Source: Ginkgo biloba (taxonomy: Eukaryota; Plantae; Ginkgophyta). Taken from it: 20,731 nucleotides of DNA. Position 1 is the stretch's first letter, and each line of letters opens with the position of its first letter. The notes under the pieces are model-generated. The model was not told the DNA's origin. It ran no database searches and saw only the letters and a program-made list of their open reading frames with translations. A program made the translations under genes and the position numbers. Positions 8,425 through 20,731 of this stretch are shown here, piece after piece. The DNA is taken from contig JANKJI020000002.1 of assembly GCA_024626585.2 (NCBI GenBank), positions 219,081,893-219,102,623 of the forward strand. Direction: 5' to 3'.

Positions 8425-9770
8425 TTTTTATTAGACAATATTTTTTGTTTAGGTTTTTTAATTCTGAATTTAACAAAATACTAATCAAAATTTGAAAAAA
8501 TATATACCTAACTTTGTTTTAAAAAGATAGGCATTAGTATATAATTATTAAAATCGGTGTCTAATAATAAATAGAATTAGTCTTAGATAATTAATAGAGC
8601 TAGTGGGTAATAAATAGAACTCTCTTTGACTAATTCNNNNNNNNNNNNNNNNNNNNNNNNNNNNNNNNNNNNNNNNNNNNNTTTTATTTTTAATCATATA
8701 TTAAACTCTAACTATTATGTAAATTATTGTAATGTCTTAACATGTTCTTTACAATAAATACTAAGCACTTCATATTAGAATTATACTAAACTTTAATAAC
8801 CTAAATTTACTATTCTTTTTTTGTAATCCAACTTTTATAATAATAACTAATAAATCTAAAATTAAATTTTCTATTACTTTGTTTAAAATTGCGTGAAACA
8901 ATAGAGACTTGTCACTACGTGGCTCTTGTTAATACTATTTATGAAAATTGATTTTTTTATAATGAATAATTCTCAAATCAATGATTGACACTAACGGTAA
9001 ATTATTGCTTGTGGAGAATTGGATGAGGCAATGAAAAATAGAAAATTGCAATTGTTAAAATGAATTATGATAGCAAATGACTTTTTATATATATGGATGA
9101 CAAAAAGTAATTATGGCAGCTTATGAATTGGCATAGAATACTTCTTGTTAATTGTTCAATAAATTACTTATCATACATATNNNNNNNNNNNNNNNNNNNN
9201 NNNNNNNNNNNNNNNNNNNNNNNNGTAGAGTGCACAGGGGATGTAATTTGACTTCAGTGCTCTTCAAAGGGCATTTTACTTGTTATAAAATGACTATAAG
9301 TTATTTATCTATTTAATGAAATATACAATAAAATTTTCTTGTCAAAAGAAGGGAACCTTATGAACAATGTTCAAGTTTATAGATTACAAATTTCTTTCTA
9401 ATAGTGGTTTGAAGGGAAGGATTATTTCTAATATTTTATTTGAAAATTCATAATGCAAATAGTCCATCACGATGGAGGATGACCTTACCCATCAAATTTG
9501 ATGCCTGGATGAAAGAGACGTGGTAGAAAAAAATTCGTCCTAAACACATTAATCTAGTGGAGAAAAAGTACATTAATCCAACATCTTCACGTTGATAATT
9601 AGTGATTTAAGAAGTTAAAAGTTATATAACAATTATGTTTAATTTAATATGTTCACGTTTTTAGTGACTTGATGTAGTTTTAAAGATTATGCATTTTGAG
9701 TTTATACTAGTTATCCAATGTGTGTCATAAGAATTTAAAACAAACATGTTACTATGTTGTTCTTATAGAG

Positions 9771-11262
9771 TTTTGTTTTTTTGGGAAATGGTGCATGTTA
9801 TTTTAAATCAAAGAAGGTATCAAAATTATGAAAAGGAGTTAATTTAAAGGTTCTTAAGATAAACTACTTTTGAATAAAGGCCCCAAACAACTAGCACCAC
9901 CAACAAAAAAAAGTCTTAGATCAAAAGCGACTTCCTAAAAAATAATTAAGCCATCACCACCATAACCAACTAGAATATGCCAGGTTAGCTTGAGGGGGAA
10001 CATTGTTGAGATGTGAGCTTGCTAAATAGGTGGAGTTGATGCATCCAAGGGGGCCATTCTTCTTTTGCTTGAAGTTTGGCCACATAGCAAAGCCAAAATT
10101 TGGTGCCTAGTGGAGCCCTATAGGAAGTTAATGTAATGCTGAGAGAGAAATTGACCTTTGAGTAGGCATACTAATAAGAGGGACTCTTTTAAGAGGAGCA
10201 AGAAGAGGGACCTAGAATAAAAAGGGCTAGTCTAAAGGTCTTACCTCTAGAAGTTCATGATTTCATTAAGGGGCATGCATAGGAGATCTACTTCACCAAT
10301 GCATCCAATCTATCTTGCAGACGAGAAGGGATCATAGACCAAAAAACGGAGTCAACCAAATTATTTTGAATATTGTTTCTAGTTACATAGTCAATTATGA
10401 ACTTCCATGTTGACTGCAAAGCTTCCATGCACAACATTCAAAAGTACACACTAAATGGAATCATCAAATGCAAAGGTGTCCCTTAACACATGTTTGCCAA
10501 ATTATATGTCTTGATCATATTGGAGTAATAATTGGATTTGACATATTCTAAAGGGCTCTTATTAAGGGGCATTCCTAAAATGGATGCATTAGACTTTTCT
10601 CATCTCCACAAAATAAATATGGTTGATAATGAACCAACTTCGCCTAAGGGAGGGCCATTGTAGACAAGTAACCAAGCAAAGGCCTTCCACTTAGCAAGAT
10701 TAACCAAATTTTCTTCAATTCATTTGAACCAATTTTGTGGAGGATCACATAGACTCCAAGTGCATTTAAGATAGTTTGGGATGTCATATAAAGAAAGTAA
10801 TAAGGAGTAAAGTTTGTAGATGGTATAAGGAATGGTGGAGGATCACATAGACTTCAAGTGCATTTCAGATGGTTTGGGATATCATCTAAGGAAAGTAATA
10901 AGGAGTAAAGCTTGTGGNNNNNNNNNNNNNNNNNNNNNNNNNNNNNNNNNNNNNNNNCACACCTAATCTTTCCACTAGAAGTGAGAGACCCTTAACCAAG
11001 CCTTTGAATATATATCCAATGTTATTATAAAGATTAAATTTGGAATAGTGTAATAAGATATGGGAAGGTTATAAAGAGATTTGAAGTCCAACCAAGAGAT
11101 CCCATTTCTTATGTTATAGTTCCACAAGTGGCAGATAGAGTGAATCACATTTTTGAATCAAGCCCTAGAATTCTCTGGATGGAGCAATCTAAAGCACACA
11201 TTATTTTATCTTATCATTGAGGACTACTTAAAAGATGTATGAGAAGAAGAGAGGCCTATTGT
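9771..11262 (-). mobile_element. Degenerate L1-type LINE, 3' part of ORF2 (zf-RVT) with possible poly(A) tail; boundaries approximate
   Basis: Minus strand reads KWKAFAWLLVYNGPPL at ~10692-10645, then after a frameshift FCGDEKSLMHPF*ECPLIRAL* at ~10613-10548, matching C...E+..HLFW.CP....+W. A T-rich tract at 9771-9782 could be the A-tail. Confidence 0.7.
10738..10917 (+). repeat. 98-bp-period tandem duplication inside the LINE relic; second copy runs into a gap
   Basis: TGGAGGATCACATAGACTYCAAGTGCATTT...GAAAGTAATAAGGAGTAAAG at 10738 and 10836, with several substitutions between copies. Confidence 0.85.
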
Positions 11263-11362
11263 NNNNNNNNNNNNNNNNNNNNNNNNNNNNNNNNNNNNNN
11301 NNNNNNNNNNNNNNNNNNNNNNNNNNNNNNNNNNNNNNNNNNNNNNNNNNNNNNNNNNNNNN

Positions 11363-11710
11363 CATTGCCTCGAACCAGGCACTCGAAAACAAGTATGTTG
11401 TGAATGTGGGCTTGGTGATCATGACACAAAAGATTGTCTGAAGATGAAACCTACCAACCTTTGTGGATGGACGCAGGACAATCCAAAAATCAACATTTGC
11501 ATAAGATCTAGGAAGGAGACGAAGCCACGAACAGATGACTCTGACTTTCCTAACCCAAAAATCGAAAAAGAGAGGTTCATAAAAGCCAAAGAGACGTTAG
11601 AGCAAGCGACGAAAGAAGCGGACACCAAGAGGAAAGCCGCCAAAAGCTCCAACGTGCTATTGGAAACTCTAAGGAAAAAGCAAGCCAAGGAAGAGATTGC
11701 TCGAATTTGA
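11363..11710 (+). mobile_element. Retrotransposon gag C-terminal fragment with CCHC zinc knuckle (Ty3/gypsy-like), 5'-truncated by a gap
   Basis: The 11444 ORF frame extends upstream to the gap: HCLEPGTRKQV-CCECGLGDHDTKDC-LKMKP..., a perfect CX2CX4HX4C. It is followed by INICIRSRKE, resembling the post-knuckle AITLRSGK motif of Athila/Tat-type gypsy elements, and a K/E-rich helical stretch. Confidence 0.7.
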
Positions 11711-14253
11711 CAAAAACAAGACATAACAAAAGTCTATGTTTGGAAACAAGTTGGTCTTGCTAAACCAGAGCCAGAAGCAATTCCTAAACATCGAGAAATT
11801 AATCTTGATATTTGATCCACTACTAAATGGGAGCCATAGGACTAGTTCACATTCTAGTCTTATTGTATTATTACCAGCGCAATAGTGGACTTGTGGAAGA
11901 GGCCTTAGTTCATAAGGAAGGAGGAACTTACCCACTGAATTTGATCCCTAGATTCATGCTTGCAATTTTTTCTACTTAAGAGTCTTAAAATTTTATGAAA
12001 TGCACATATTCTTATATGTGTAATTTTGGCGTTCTCATATACACTGATTTTTTATAGCCATCAACAATTTATAGTTTAATGGATGAGTGCCAAGTTATAA
12101 GTTATTATATTTACCATTTTATTTATGATTAATTAATATAAAAAGGATCATTACAACTACCATTAGTGGTTGAGATATAAATTAAAGTGCTTAGTGTGAA
12201 TAATCCATAATGTAAGTTAACATGAAAGTTAAATACAAATATTTATAATAGTAAATAGATTATTAGTAAAGTGATTGCATATTTCAATTTCATAGGAGAT
12301 TTAATGTTTTTGAATATTATTTTATATATCATTTTAATGGAGGAATATGTTACAAGGGGTTAGTTTCCCATAATAAACCATCCCTTGTCGATCCATAGGA
12401 ATACTTTAAAGCACAATATCAACTACAACTTGCTAAAATTAGGTAGTTCATGATTGTATGCCATGGAAGACAAAGCATATATAATACATATATAAGTATC
12501 TTTTGTGTAAAAGAATTTCTTACTTAATACATAGAAATCCCATGTATGGATGTGGAACATTAATGCCTTCATAAACCCAAATATTGGTATTTAAGGTTAA
12601 AAAACACTACATAGTAAACCCCTTCTTAGAATGATCCAAAATTCACATAAATAAGGTTGTTTCAATTAACTCAGTTAAACCATTANNNNNNNNNNNNNNN
12701 NNNNNNNNNNNNNNNNNNNNNNNNNNNNNNNNNNNNNNNNNNNNNNNNNNNNNNNNNNNNNNNNNNNNNNNNNNNNNNNNNNNNNAATAAATGTTTATTC
12801 TTCATATCCTTATTGCATATAGTGAATGCTCATATAGTTGGTCTTTGCAAAATAGATATTTTTCCTTCATGTACTTCCTTTAAAAATTACCCTATGAAAG
12901 TCTTGTATTTTGTGCATGTATATGTTCTTCAAAAGTTGTTTTTGCTGCTTAATTTTTTTTTTCTTAAGTTGCTTTGTCATTCCACCTACACCAATCCACG
13001 TTTGATTCTCCATCACCCTCGTGGAACTGCTCAACCTCCTATGTGGATTGATTTACCTCCCTTGCAATCTCTCTCCCTTTCTCTACCTCATCATGTCCTG
13101 GCCTACTCTCCCTACACCATCAACTATTGTTTCCCTTGTTGATACCCCATCATTGCCCTCTACTACATCCTACCTACTAGACCCCCACCATGGTTGTGGT
13201 CTCCCTACCCTTTGGTCACCTCTACCCTATGCCCCCTAACCATGGCCTTGCTCACTGTCTCCTATTCATTGTCATGTGCCCTTGACATTCACCACTACTA
13301 TTGTGTCCCTGCCTACAAAAATGAACTGGCAAAAACCCTTAAGAAAACCAAAGAAAAAAATTGAAAAACAAAACTTAGGGAATTGATCATTTGATTTTAA
13401 TTTTCATTCGAAGCTCCCTTTCTTTCTTTTTGGTAACCCATGGTGTTATGGCAAGAGTCATGACCATAATCTAATTTTTTTTGGTGTTATTTTTTTATTT
13501 TATTTTTAGGATTATTGTTTNNNNNNNNNNNNNNNNNNNNNNNNNNGGTCGTTTTCATGATAAACACCCTTCCCGAAAAAAACGTAAAAAGTTTTAGAGA
13601 GTGAACATTAAAATTTCATTTCATAAGGCATTATTAAAAGGTGGAAGATAATTATTTATGGAGTTTTTATTAATTACGGGAAATTAATTAAGACCAAAGC
13701 TAACAAGTTTACAAGTAGAGACCATTGGAATAAGTCACATTTGAGCCAATGAGAATAATTCACATATTCTCATCACCCTCCTTTTCTCCTTGTAGTTTGT
13801 TCATCTTCGACCTCGAGTCCACCCTGGCACTCTGACACCTTGTATTTTAAAAGGGGCTCAAGGTCATTTTGCCTTCAATTTAAATTGAAAGGTCCAAACC
13901 AGTTAAATTTTTTGGAGGTTGTTGATATGGATCTCTCACACCACATGTCGGTGGGTGTGCAGTGGGGATTTCTGGTGTCAACATATTTTAGCGCTGTTGT
14001 TGGGGAGCCTAAATCCTTCAAGTTGCTCACAGTTGTAGTTGACTAGTTTTCGCAGATTGCTTAGTTGAATTGTAGAACTAGTTTTCTTTAGGATGGTGTA
14101 GGTTCTATTTTTTTCTCTAGCATGTTCTCTTAGGAGTTTGTCATCCATTGTTTNNNNNNNNNNNNNNNNNNNNNNNNNNNNNNNNNNNNNNNNNNNNNNN
14201 NNNNNNNNNNNNNNNNNNNNNNNNNNNNNNNNNNNNNNNNNNNNNNNNNNNNN

Positions 14254-14832
14254 TTTGTCTATAGTCCCTAGTGGAGGATATTTTAATATAACTAAGGTAA
14301 TAAGGAGATTTGACATACAAAATATCATACCTTTTAATAATTCCTATGTGATGGATTTGTGTAACTTCTCCTCTATATATTTTTCCCATAAGAATGGTGT
14401 CCCTTATTCAGTGACAGTCTATATTAGCCTAAAACATCCCTTTGGTATATTAAAGGATCTACTGGAATTGCAGAATCACATACTAAATATATTAGATGTC
14501 CATCTTTATGCATCACTAGAGATCTTGTTGATGATGATCCCCCATAAGTTGATGGTTATATTGTCTCCATCACCGAGCTCAACCCTAATCTCATCATCGT
14601 CAATCTTCTTCATAGTCCCCAACACACTCTTGATATCTCTCTCTAACTTCATCAATGACCCTATCACCAATGAAATTTGGTCCATCCCTAGGAGGATGGA
14701 TTCATCTATCCATATCTGTTCATTGTGATACCTCCCCACTAAAAATTGTGTGAACTTTGACTGTTCCCAAAAATAGGGGTTTTCTACAATTTGTATAATT
14801 CTTAAATTTTGTAGCTTCTGAGCCTCTAGCAT
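14254..14832 (-). pseudogene. Decayed accessory ORF of probable LTR-retrotransposon origin
   Basis: The 108-aa ORF (14832-14506) continues in frame through scattered stops as *RWTSNIFSM*FCNSSR...GTPFLWEKYIEEKLHKSIT*ELLKGMIFCMSNLLITLVILKYPP, i.e. about 190 codons of coding-like frame. Resemblance to extra ORFs of plant retrotransposons is from pattern recognition, not a database hit. Confidence 0.4.
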
Positions 14833-15899
14833 GAACTATGCTTCTATCTCCAATGGTTTGACCCTTCTCTTAATCCATGCTCTATACACCCATTCTCTAA
14901 ATTACTATAGTGTTATCATATCCCATTCCTAAGATTCAAACTTGGTTCAAATGAGGGTCTATCTATGTCTATACCTTACCTAAAAATACTCCTCATGTGA
15001 AATGGCCAGGTACATCTCCATATGATTTCTTGCCATCATTCTATCTACAATTTGTAACTTATGAATTGACATCATTCAAACCCTTTGTACTCTATTTTCT
15101 GGTGTATCCTAAACTTCTAATGCTATCTCCTTTATTATTTCCCATGGAATTCTTATGCTCAACTCTCCTTCTATCACTTAAAATAATAAATTTTCCTTTT
15201 TGATTTCTTCTTCAAATGATTTATCATCTTTGTCATCAATATATATTATCTAGATTAAACTCATCATCTATGGGGTAGAGGGTAAGTGAGCCATATGCTT
15301 GATTATTTATTGAGTCTTCTTTTTACACTTCCTTTCCCTCTCTTGCTCTTTTTATATTTCTTCATAATTTAATCTTCTCTCTTTCAGTCTCTCTTATGGT
15401 TGTCATTCTAACTCCTATTACCAATCTTTCTCTTTATATTATTGAATATCCAATTGTCGGTCACCTTTTTTTAATCCTTCATTTCTTATTACCTGCTGTC
15501 ATCTTTAGACCAATTCACCACATTAGTTATTTTTTTCATTGGTAATCTATTTTTTGATAGGACATTTCTCTATCCTTATATTTCTTTATGATTCATTAGA
15601 AATCTTCATTCATTCTTACAGAGGNNNNNNNNNNNNNNNNNNNNNNNNNNNNNNNNNNNNNNNNNNNNNNNNNNNNNNNNNNNNNNNNNNNNNNNNNNNN
15701 NNNNNNNNNNNNNNNNNNNNNNNNCATGACAAGGAGGTAAAAATAAGCAAAGCATATCATAGTGGTTGTACTTTTATTACATGTGAATTTTTTATATAAT
15801 AGTGATAATTGACAACTTTACTAAGACAAGGTTTTAAAAGATAACAACATAGATATTTACTAGTATGATATTCTGTATTTGTGTAGTTGAGAAAAATTT

Positions 15900-18800
15900 T
15901 AAGTTATACAATGATATTCTTATGGCATGGAGAGATGATTAGGCCAAATATGTTGATTATCTACATATTTTTGTTAAATATACTAAAATCTTTTATTTTA
16001 ATAGATCCAAGGATTCAATGGTATCATTAGATTCTACAATCTTTTAGTACTACACTTTTCTACAACCATTTACATAGAAAATATATGTGCATGAGTTTGA
16101 AGTTATTATTATTTGAATTTAAATAAGGAATACTCACCTGTTAAAATTCATCTGTCATAGGGCTCTCAAATTTCCCTCAAATTCATTTATCTAAAATATA
16201 CAAAGAAATTATTATCACTTGGATGAAACCATAATATAAAATTTTCAACATGAAAATGCAAGGAAATTTTAAAATAAATAAACATAAATCACAAAAGCAA
16301 ATGCCTTATCTTATTTTTAAGATACTCATTGAAATATTTAAAATCATTTTCTTCCAATTGGTTCTTGTCCTCTAGGAAGATAGGACAAATTGTCTATTGT
16401 AATTATTGCCTCAATTGGGATAAATTATGCATCCATTAAGTCATAAGAATTTTTTTTTAACCCATTAACTTTATTATACCAACATAATTGAAGTTATATT
16501 CCTTCCTGCCCATTTAAAAAGTTAATAGGAAAATGATACTAAATTAATCTATTTCCATCTTTTTTTTACGTTCTTTGTACCCTTACAAAGTACCAATACC
16601 TTTTAACACTCCTTGTTTAGTACTCTTAACTTTTATCATACCTTGATCATTCAAAGGTTGTGTCTCATTCTAAAAAAATATTGCACAATCTGACCCAATA
16701 CCTAACATGATAGAGTTATTTGGTTTTACAACATTTGCCTCTCTTGTAAAATAAACTCCTTGTTTTACTTTAGTCAACCTATATTTTGATAGCGTAGGAT
16801 TTCCATTCAACTGACTAACTAAAGTGGATTTATATAGTATCTTTCCATNNNNNNNNNNNNNNNNNNNNNNNNNNNNNNNNNNNNNNNNNNNNNNNNNNNN
16901 NNNNNNNNNNNNNNNNNNNNNNNNNNNNNNNNNNNNNNNNNNNNNNNNGTATAAATTTCCTTTGGGATCAATTAATTTTCCTTCTATGGGGGTGATTTCT
17001 GATCTAATGTTTCTTGTTACTCAAATGAAGATAATATTTCATAAATTCTAACCTTTAATCATACCAACTACCCCATACTTTCTTGTATTCAACTCCCTTT
17101 TGAGAAGAAAGTATCTTTCATATTCAGTCACTTCTTATCGACTGGGACATTGTCCACTAGATTCTTTGGTTACATAACTCTATAACTCATTCATTTTATT
17201 AGTAAGAAATATCTCTGTATCATCCAAAATGTAAGCATTAAATTTTATATAGGAAATAATTATAATAGTGATGGTTTATGTCTTATGAATAAGAACCCAT
17301 TCTCTCAAAGANNNNNNNNNNTTTTTATATTCCACCTTTTGATCGATTTCCTTGAGAAATATTTTATATGCCTTGGCAGATTAGAGATACCCATACAATT
17401 TACTTTCTTAAATTGGTGTAACATAGGAGGATGGATGTATATAAAGTAGAGGAACTAGAGATAACTTAAATGCCTTCCATTACTCCTCAAGTGATGTATT
17501 CTCACTAAATAATTGGGAATTATCCCAGGTAAAATCATTTAAATTTATTTTAAGAATTTAAAATGAAGTCTCATGGAACTCAATTGTATCATGAGTCGAT
17601 AATTGACTCACATCTAACTATGTTTATTAAAGAGAAAATTATCTATAATAATGATAGCCTTCACTAGTGGACTCTTAGGCTTGGTCATTCCAATTTTAGT
17701 GGATATNNNNNNNNNNNNNNNNNNNNNTATTATTTACACAAGAATAAAATATAGTATTCTACCTATTGAATTCAATAGGTGGAGGAGTATATATAATGGA
17801 TAAAGTCAATTATTGGTTTAAGATTTTCAAGAACTAAGGATTTGGGGTGGGCTCCTTTTAAGTGATTTCTTAGATCATTGTATCTATATGTTATTCCAAA
17901 ATATAATCATTCTTGTACCTTGGGTGGAAATGATACTAGGTGAATCATGACCTATAATATACTTCTTCTTTAATGTTGAATCTACTAAAATTTGACACTT
18001 CTTACTCCTNNNNNNNNNNNNNNNNNNNNNNNNNNNNNNNNNNNNNNNNNNNNNNCTTTATTTTCTTTCCCTTCTTTAGGTTATAATCATCACCCTCACC
18101 ACCCCCATTTGCTACTGCACCTTATTTATATTGTGATATTTAATTCTCAAGATCAAATGAGGCCTACCAAATAGTTTTAGTATATGTTGGTCTACCTCCC
18201 TTCCTCGAAGACTTTAGGGAAGAATTACCTCCATGTTATTCCTCTCCTTATGTCTCTAGGTCTTTTGGGCTTGAGCCCCTATTCTCAAAATGTCCATTAT
18301 TTATAATTTCATAAATCATTAGTATCATAAAATGATACACTTTTCTAGTATCATTCTCACTAAAAATGCTACTTACTAAAGACATGATGATCTTGAATTT
18401 TTCTTGTGATTTGTTTATGTTATATACTGATTTCCTTATGGGATTTTATACTTCTTGCTCTATCCATGAATTCACTAAATTTGAGACTCGATGATAATCT
18501 CAGAACAACTTATTTTTCTTTCTTAAAATAAAAATAACTACATAGGGTGGGATGCATAATATTCCCTTGAAAAACTCAAGGGTGAGAGAACACAATACCT
18601 TTCTTATGGATGAAACTATAGTTCTTCTACTAGAATCAAAACTCCATGTACAGCATTCCACAAAAATCTAGATGGAATCACCCTAGGTATGGNNNNNNNN
18701 NNNNNNNNNNNNNNNNNNNNNNNNNNNNNNNNNNNNNNNNNNNNNNNNNNNNNNNNNNNNNNNNNNNNNNNNNNNNNNNNNNNNNNNNNNNNNNNNNNNN

Positions 18801-20300
18801 NNNNNNNNNNNNNNNNNNNNNNNNNNNNNNNNNNNNNNNNNNNNNNNNNNNNNNNNNNNNNNNNNNNNNNNNNNNNNNNNNNNNNNNNNNNNNNNNNNNN
18901 NNNNNNNNNNNNNNNNNNNNNNNNNNNNNNNNNNNNNNNNNNNNNNNNNNNNNNNNNNNNNNNNNNNNNNNNNNNNNNNNNNNNNNNNNNNNNNNNNNNN
19001 NNNNNNNNNNNNNNNNNNNNNNNNNNNNNNNNNNNNNNNNNNNNNNNNNNNNNNNNNNNNNNNNNNNNNNNNNNNNNNNNNNNNNNNNNNNNNNNNNNNN
19101 NNNNNNNNNNNNNNNNNNNNNNNNNNNNNNNNNNNNNNNNNNNNNNNNNNNNNNNNNNNNNNNNNNNNNNNNNNNNNNNNNNNNNNNNNNNNNNNNNNNN
19201 NNNNNNNNNNNNNNNNNNNNNNNNNNNNNNNNNNNNNNNNNNNNNNNNNNNNNNNNNNNNNNNNNNNNNNNNNNNNNNNNNNNNNNNNNNNNNNNNNNNN
19301 NNNNNNNNNNNNAAAGAAATATATATAATATTGGAAGGGAGACATATCATTCCTTTGAATATTTTAGGACTGAGGATACATAATACCTATATAGTAGTTG
19401 AAATAATGGCTCTTTACAAAGGGTCAAATATTTTAGAGAACCATTCTACTAAGGATAAGCATGACATCACCTTTGGTATGGTTACAACATGAATCAAATA
19501 GGATTTCTAGATTTTATTCATTTCTCTTCTCTCTTTCTCATTATGATAAAATCATCAAAAGTTTCTCTAAAGTTAACATGAAAAGAATATAGTATATTTA
19601 TAATCTCAATTATTGGAGCAACAATTAGGATTTTTGTTTCCATCAAAACTTTTCTTGAAGTTATTGTTAATATTTTGAATGGTTAGATTAAATGGAAACA
19701 TTTAACTCACTAAAAGAATTCTCTATCAGAGTTGAAATTCAAATAACTATCTTAATCTAATGCTCTCTTAAAACATAGTGGGAACCATTTTAATCTTAAT
19801 ATTTTTTGGAAAATGTTCTAGAAAATGGCATTGTACCTAATGTCATTTTGGGATTATAATAGATTAACCATCAACTTGACTATTATGAATGCTACCAAGG
19901 ATATAACCGGTATTCTTTTAGGTCCTTATTTTTGTGAGATCTTGAGAGAAGTTGAGAATATTCCTTCTTTCATAAGGTATGGACAAGATAGTTCATTGAA
20001 TCTCACTTAAAGAATTAATTAATCAAGGTTTGATCATCATATTATGTCCACATCCTATGTAAAGCATGGCACCATCCTGTGCATTATTTTCAATTACCAT
20101 GTCTTAATTTACTACATGCATAGATGAGGCTACAAATTTACCTTTTAAAAATTGATCATTGATGATCATAGAATAAGATCAATCTTGTGGATCCATTTAT
20201 CAATATGACACAGTGTCTTCAAGTGATTTTTTCAAATATTTTAATCTACTTTATCACTTTTGTAATTACCTTTCATGTTGAAATTCTCTCAATATTAAAA
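15900..20300 (-). mobile_element. Highly degenerate, near full-length L1-type LINE (ORF1 DUF4283/zinc-knuckle plus ORF2 reverse transcriptase); boundaries approximate
   Basis: Motifs occur in the canonical order on the minus strand. ORF1-like: KGKFV (~20145), HNMMIKP* (~20040; L.L.PW), FPLCFK (~19785). RT-like: PKSLVLENLKPI (~17846; IPK...RPI), IIDNFL (~17645), ILKINL (~17560), ILDDTEIFL (~17230; YADDT), ESSGQ (~17164), YKSTL (~16835), KQGVLKGI (~16620; K..GGLG). Confidence 0.6.
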
Positions 20301-20731
20301 ATTCTAAATCTTATGACTTAAACTCTTTAGTATTCAAGCATCCATGGTTTATATATCCTTATTAGTCCATTCTGTTTCATCTACCACTTGTTAGAAACTT
20401 CTCTGAACTTTTTATTTATGAACCTCACTTTTAGTGAAAGAGGACATCCACCTATAATCCACTACAATTAATTTTCCATGTAGTTACATTAGAATNNNNN
20501 NNNNNCATGGTTAAATAATCATCTCTTCCATTTCAAGATTTGAATTCATTTAGAGTTTTTCCAAGGAGAATGACATGATCCATCTTTGTTTCTTTATATA
20601 TATTTTAAACTCTAATCTTCAATGCACAAATAGACTCATCCCCAACTTTTTCAAGTTTGACTTATTCCTTGTTCAAGTCCACAAGACTCATAATGGAATA
20701 ACTCTTTCTGCCACCTTCGACTTCAACCTTA

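Noticed and set aside
10738-10917. 98-bp duplication as an assembly artefact next to a gap
   Set aside because: The copies differ at several positions, which favours a real old duplication.
12786-13520. Pro/Leu/Ser-rich short ORFs in a pyrimidine-rich tract
   Set aside because: Low-complexity composition explains them; probably TE-internal DNA of unassignable class.
18616-19492. Long ORFs of 220-267 aa
   Set aside because: Artefacts of translating across a ~620-N gap.

Overview
AT-rich, gap-riddled draft scaffold from a land plant. A gymnosperm is plausible from the large-genome-style decayed retroelements and a CHG-biased C>T decay signature, but this is inference. The only clear host gene is an L-type (legume) lectin receptor-like kinase (LecRK) on the + strand with no intron in the visible part. 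It reads open from the gap edge at 6214 to the stop at 7689, and its N-terminus is hidden in the 776-N gap. Around it are decayed retroelements: three minus-strand L1-type LINE relics (one apparently retaining both ORF1 and ORF2 motifs), a probable LTR containing a ~24-bp-periodic palindromic array, a CCHC zinc-knuckle gag fragment and a retrotransposon accessory-ORF relic. The most interesting structure lies next to the LecRK: W-boxes multiplied by nested tandem duplications upstream, an in-frame duplicate of the protein's C-terminal tail after the stop, and a near-perfect 128-bp hairpin downstream. I cannot support a wholly new biological system here; the findings are hypotheses to check.
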